From Octopus bimaculoides (Eukaryota), in the NCBI RefSeq assembly GCF_001194135.2, contig NC_068981.1, forward strand, positions 54,499,554 through 54,548,668: 49,115 nt of DNA, read 5' to 3'. Numbering within the stretch: the stretch's first letter is position 1; each line of letters begins with the position of its first letter. Shown here piece after piece: positions 46,886 through 49,115 of this stretch. Below the pieces are notes generated by a model, which searched no databases, had not been told where the DNA came from, and saw only the letters and a list, made by a program, of their open reading frames with translations. The position numbers were made by a program, and so were the translations under genes.

Positions 46886-46992
46886 CCAATGGCGTTATTT
46901 TAACCAATGAAAAATGAACACGAAAGCTTTATGGACCAATGAAATTTGAACAAGTCTAGCCTCGTTTCTTCAACTTGTCTTTTATTTATTGG
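46886..46992. promoter_or_regulatory. GRP94 proximal promoter: CCAAT-box cluster with ERSE-like elements
   Basis: CCAAT at 46886, 46904 and 46936 (+) and 46988-46992 (-); CCAAT-N9-ACACG at 46904-46922 differs by one base from the ERSE consensus CCAAT-N9-CCACG. Confidence 0.7.
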
Positions 46993-47408
46993 ATGAAAGA
47001 AAGAGATAACGAACCTATTATAATCGCAATTTATGTTTAAGATGCTAAATATTTGAAAATATTTGATGTTGATTAATGTTAAATTAAATAAATAAATAAA
47101 TAAATAATGTAATCATACACAAGTACGCCTTTAATAATTCACAATTTTCGTATTCATTCATTTACTTATTTTCTTCAAAAAATTTATATTTAAAAAATGT
47201 CAAGACATTTGATCCTTTGGAGAAATCTTAGCCCACGTATCGCTTATTGTAAAATCAATTAAAACAAAATAAGTGAACAAAATTATTGGAAATAATTAAT
47301 TTTAACTGTGGGGGGGGATGTTATAAGTGAAGAGTATCATCCTTCAAATAAGTATCTTATTGTATCACACAGAACCTAAAGTAAAACTGGCATTCATAGG
47401 ACTTAAAT

Positions 47409-47600
47409 CAAGGGTTCTCAACCGGACCCCAGGGCCACATGGGGCCCTAAAGCAGACTTCTAGTGGTTCCCGACTGTCTTGTCTATAAATATAATAAATT
47501 TTTCTCTAATCAACTTATGTTCTACATTTTTTTGTGTGACCCCTACAAAAAATACAGGTTTTGGATCTGTTCCAGATATTAAAAAGGTTAAGAACCACTG
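47409..47600. mobile_element. hAT (Charlie-like) MITE upstream of the GRP94 promoter
   Basis: 15-bp TIRs CAAGGGTTCTCAACC / GGTTAAGAACCACTG; 8-bp flanks ACTTAAAT / ATTTAAAT consistent with a hAT target-site duplication. Confidence 0.75.
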
Positions 47601-48229
47601 ATTTAAATCGATAACCTTGTGAATTTTACACATCATTCTACATTTTGTGTAACTTAAAATAGTATAATAATAATAAAATAATATAATAAAGTTATTCATT
47701 GCGTAAATTTTGAGTAAATAAGGCCGATCTGTATTTTCAAGAGCCTGGGGTGCTGGGCCATTATGATAAGCAAAATAGGAAGCTGGAGAACTTCAATCAA
47801 CTGAATTATCAAAGTAATCAGTTGACAAAAATCCCTTCTATGGGTGTTTAAAGTCTAAAATTTTAAAAGCAGAAGAGAGGATGATAACCAAAGTAAGATG
47901 AGTTGATTGAAGTCTTTGAATAAGAGATAATACAATGCTCTGTTCTGCCCCCTTTTCTTTTATTGGTTTACTCAGAGGAGAAAAGGCAGCCTATCACTAC
48001 CTTCTTTCCAGGGCAACTGTTGATTGCTTGGGAGGTAAGGAGGAAGTTATTTTCAAACTAGAGACCTGGCCTGAATGCTTCCGACAGTAAACCCTGCAAA
48101 AAGTACATAAGAGTTAGGTGGTGGCATTGCACTGGACAATGTATTAAGTCTTTCATTCTTTGAAAGGCTTTCCAAGAGTTTCCACCTACCACATTTCACT
48201 AAGTAGTTAGTGAAATGTGGTAGATATTT

Positions 48230-48605
48230 TATTTTTTACTTGTTTCAGTCATTGGATTGTAGCCATCCTAGGGTATCACCTTAGAGGGTTTTAGACACTT
48301 CTTTGGGTTTTTTTAAAAACTGGTGCTAATTCTATAGGTCTCTTTTGTTCAAATGATAAGCTACAGGGACGTAAATAAACCAACACTGGTTGTCAAGCAG
48401 AGGGAGGGGGTGACAAACAAAGACACATAATAAATATGTGTGTGTGAGACAAGCTTCGACGTAATATTCGAGTACCAAATTCATTCACAAGGCATTAATC
48501 AGCCTGTAGTAGAAGACACTTACCCAGGGTTCTGCACTGTGGGACAGAACCTAAAACCACATGGTTGCAAAGTGAACTTCTTAACCATAGAACAGTACTT
48601 GTGCC
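48230..48605 (-). mobile_element. Decayed tRNA-headed SINE
   Basis: Reverse complement of 5626-6010: TACTTGTTTCAGTCATT..CCAACACTGGTTGTCAAGC..GTAGAAGACACTT..ACCACATGG. Confidence 0.65.
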
Positions 48606-49115
48606 TAACATTTTGTTCAACATGAAGTTACAGTTACAGACACTACCAAAGATACCTTATAATAAGATTAAGACCAAAGCCCTGTTGCTGTAAAGTAAAC
48701 TTCTTAACAATACAAATCTTTTTTTTTTATTCTTTTGTCAGGAGTGATCATAATTTACAGAGCTTCTGAAACTGGAGGAAAGGAGGGTGAGAAGGATACT
48801 CAAAATACAGACCTAGCTCAAATGCTTGTAATTGAGTGGACTACTAAAGCAATCAAGGTACCAAGTGGTAGAGTTAATCCTTTGCACCTATGAGTATGCT
48901 TTAGTCGGCATGATTTTGTTTGCCTCTACCCCTGGAAGATGCAAATGCAGGTGGCCACACAGTTTTGTATATATATATATATATATAATTATGTGTATTT
49001 CTTCTATCTTAATGAATAAAAATTCTTCTGATAGAAAAAATGGGTTAATAGAAACCAATGTAGCAAAGAACACAAAATAACTGTGGTTAGCTCCTGTTTT
49101 TAAGGCAGGAACTCC

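Noticed and set aside
46993-49115. Possible divergent gene sharing the promoter
   Set aside because: No convincing exon or ORF; the region is MITE, SINE and AT-rich sequence.

Overview
AT-rich eukaryotic genomic DNA with four assembly gaps. The repeat landscape (RTE LINE fragments with (GAT)n tails, tRNA-headed SINEs, CA/TA microsatellites) suggests an octopus/coleoid cephalopod; this is inference, not verified. The only protein-coding gene I can support is a complete endoplasmin (GRP94/HSP90B1) on the minus strand. I traced it by hand as 18 coding exons from ATG 46765 to TAA 18286: 2385 nt, 794 aa, all introns GT-AG, phases consistent, with an N-terminal signal peptide and a C-terminal SDEL ER-retention signal. 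The rest is transposon-derived or low-complexity. Points of most interest: (1) three CCAAT-N9-ACA(C/A)G ERSE-like elements in the promoter, two of them forming an inverted pair; (2) degenerate Penelope-type minimal hammerhead ribozyme motifs, one sense within intron 16 and others in fold-back elements; (3) a genomic Thr codon (ACT) in the GVGFYS(A)F motif that one A-to-I edit would convert to the family-consensus Ala; (4) a possible alternative acceptor that would remove the ER-retention signal; (5) four long fold-back palindromes in 3.6-11.1 kb. I found no clearly new multi-gene system.
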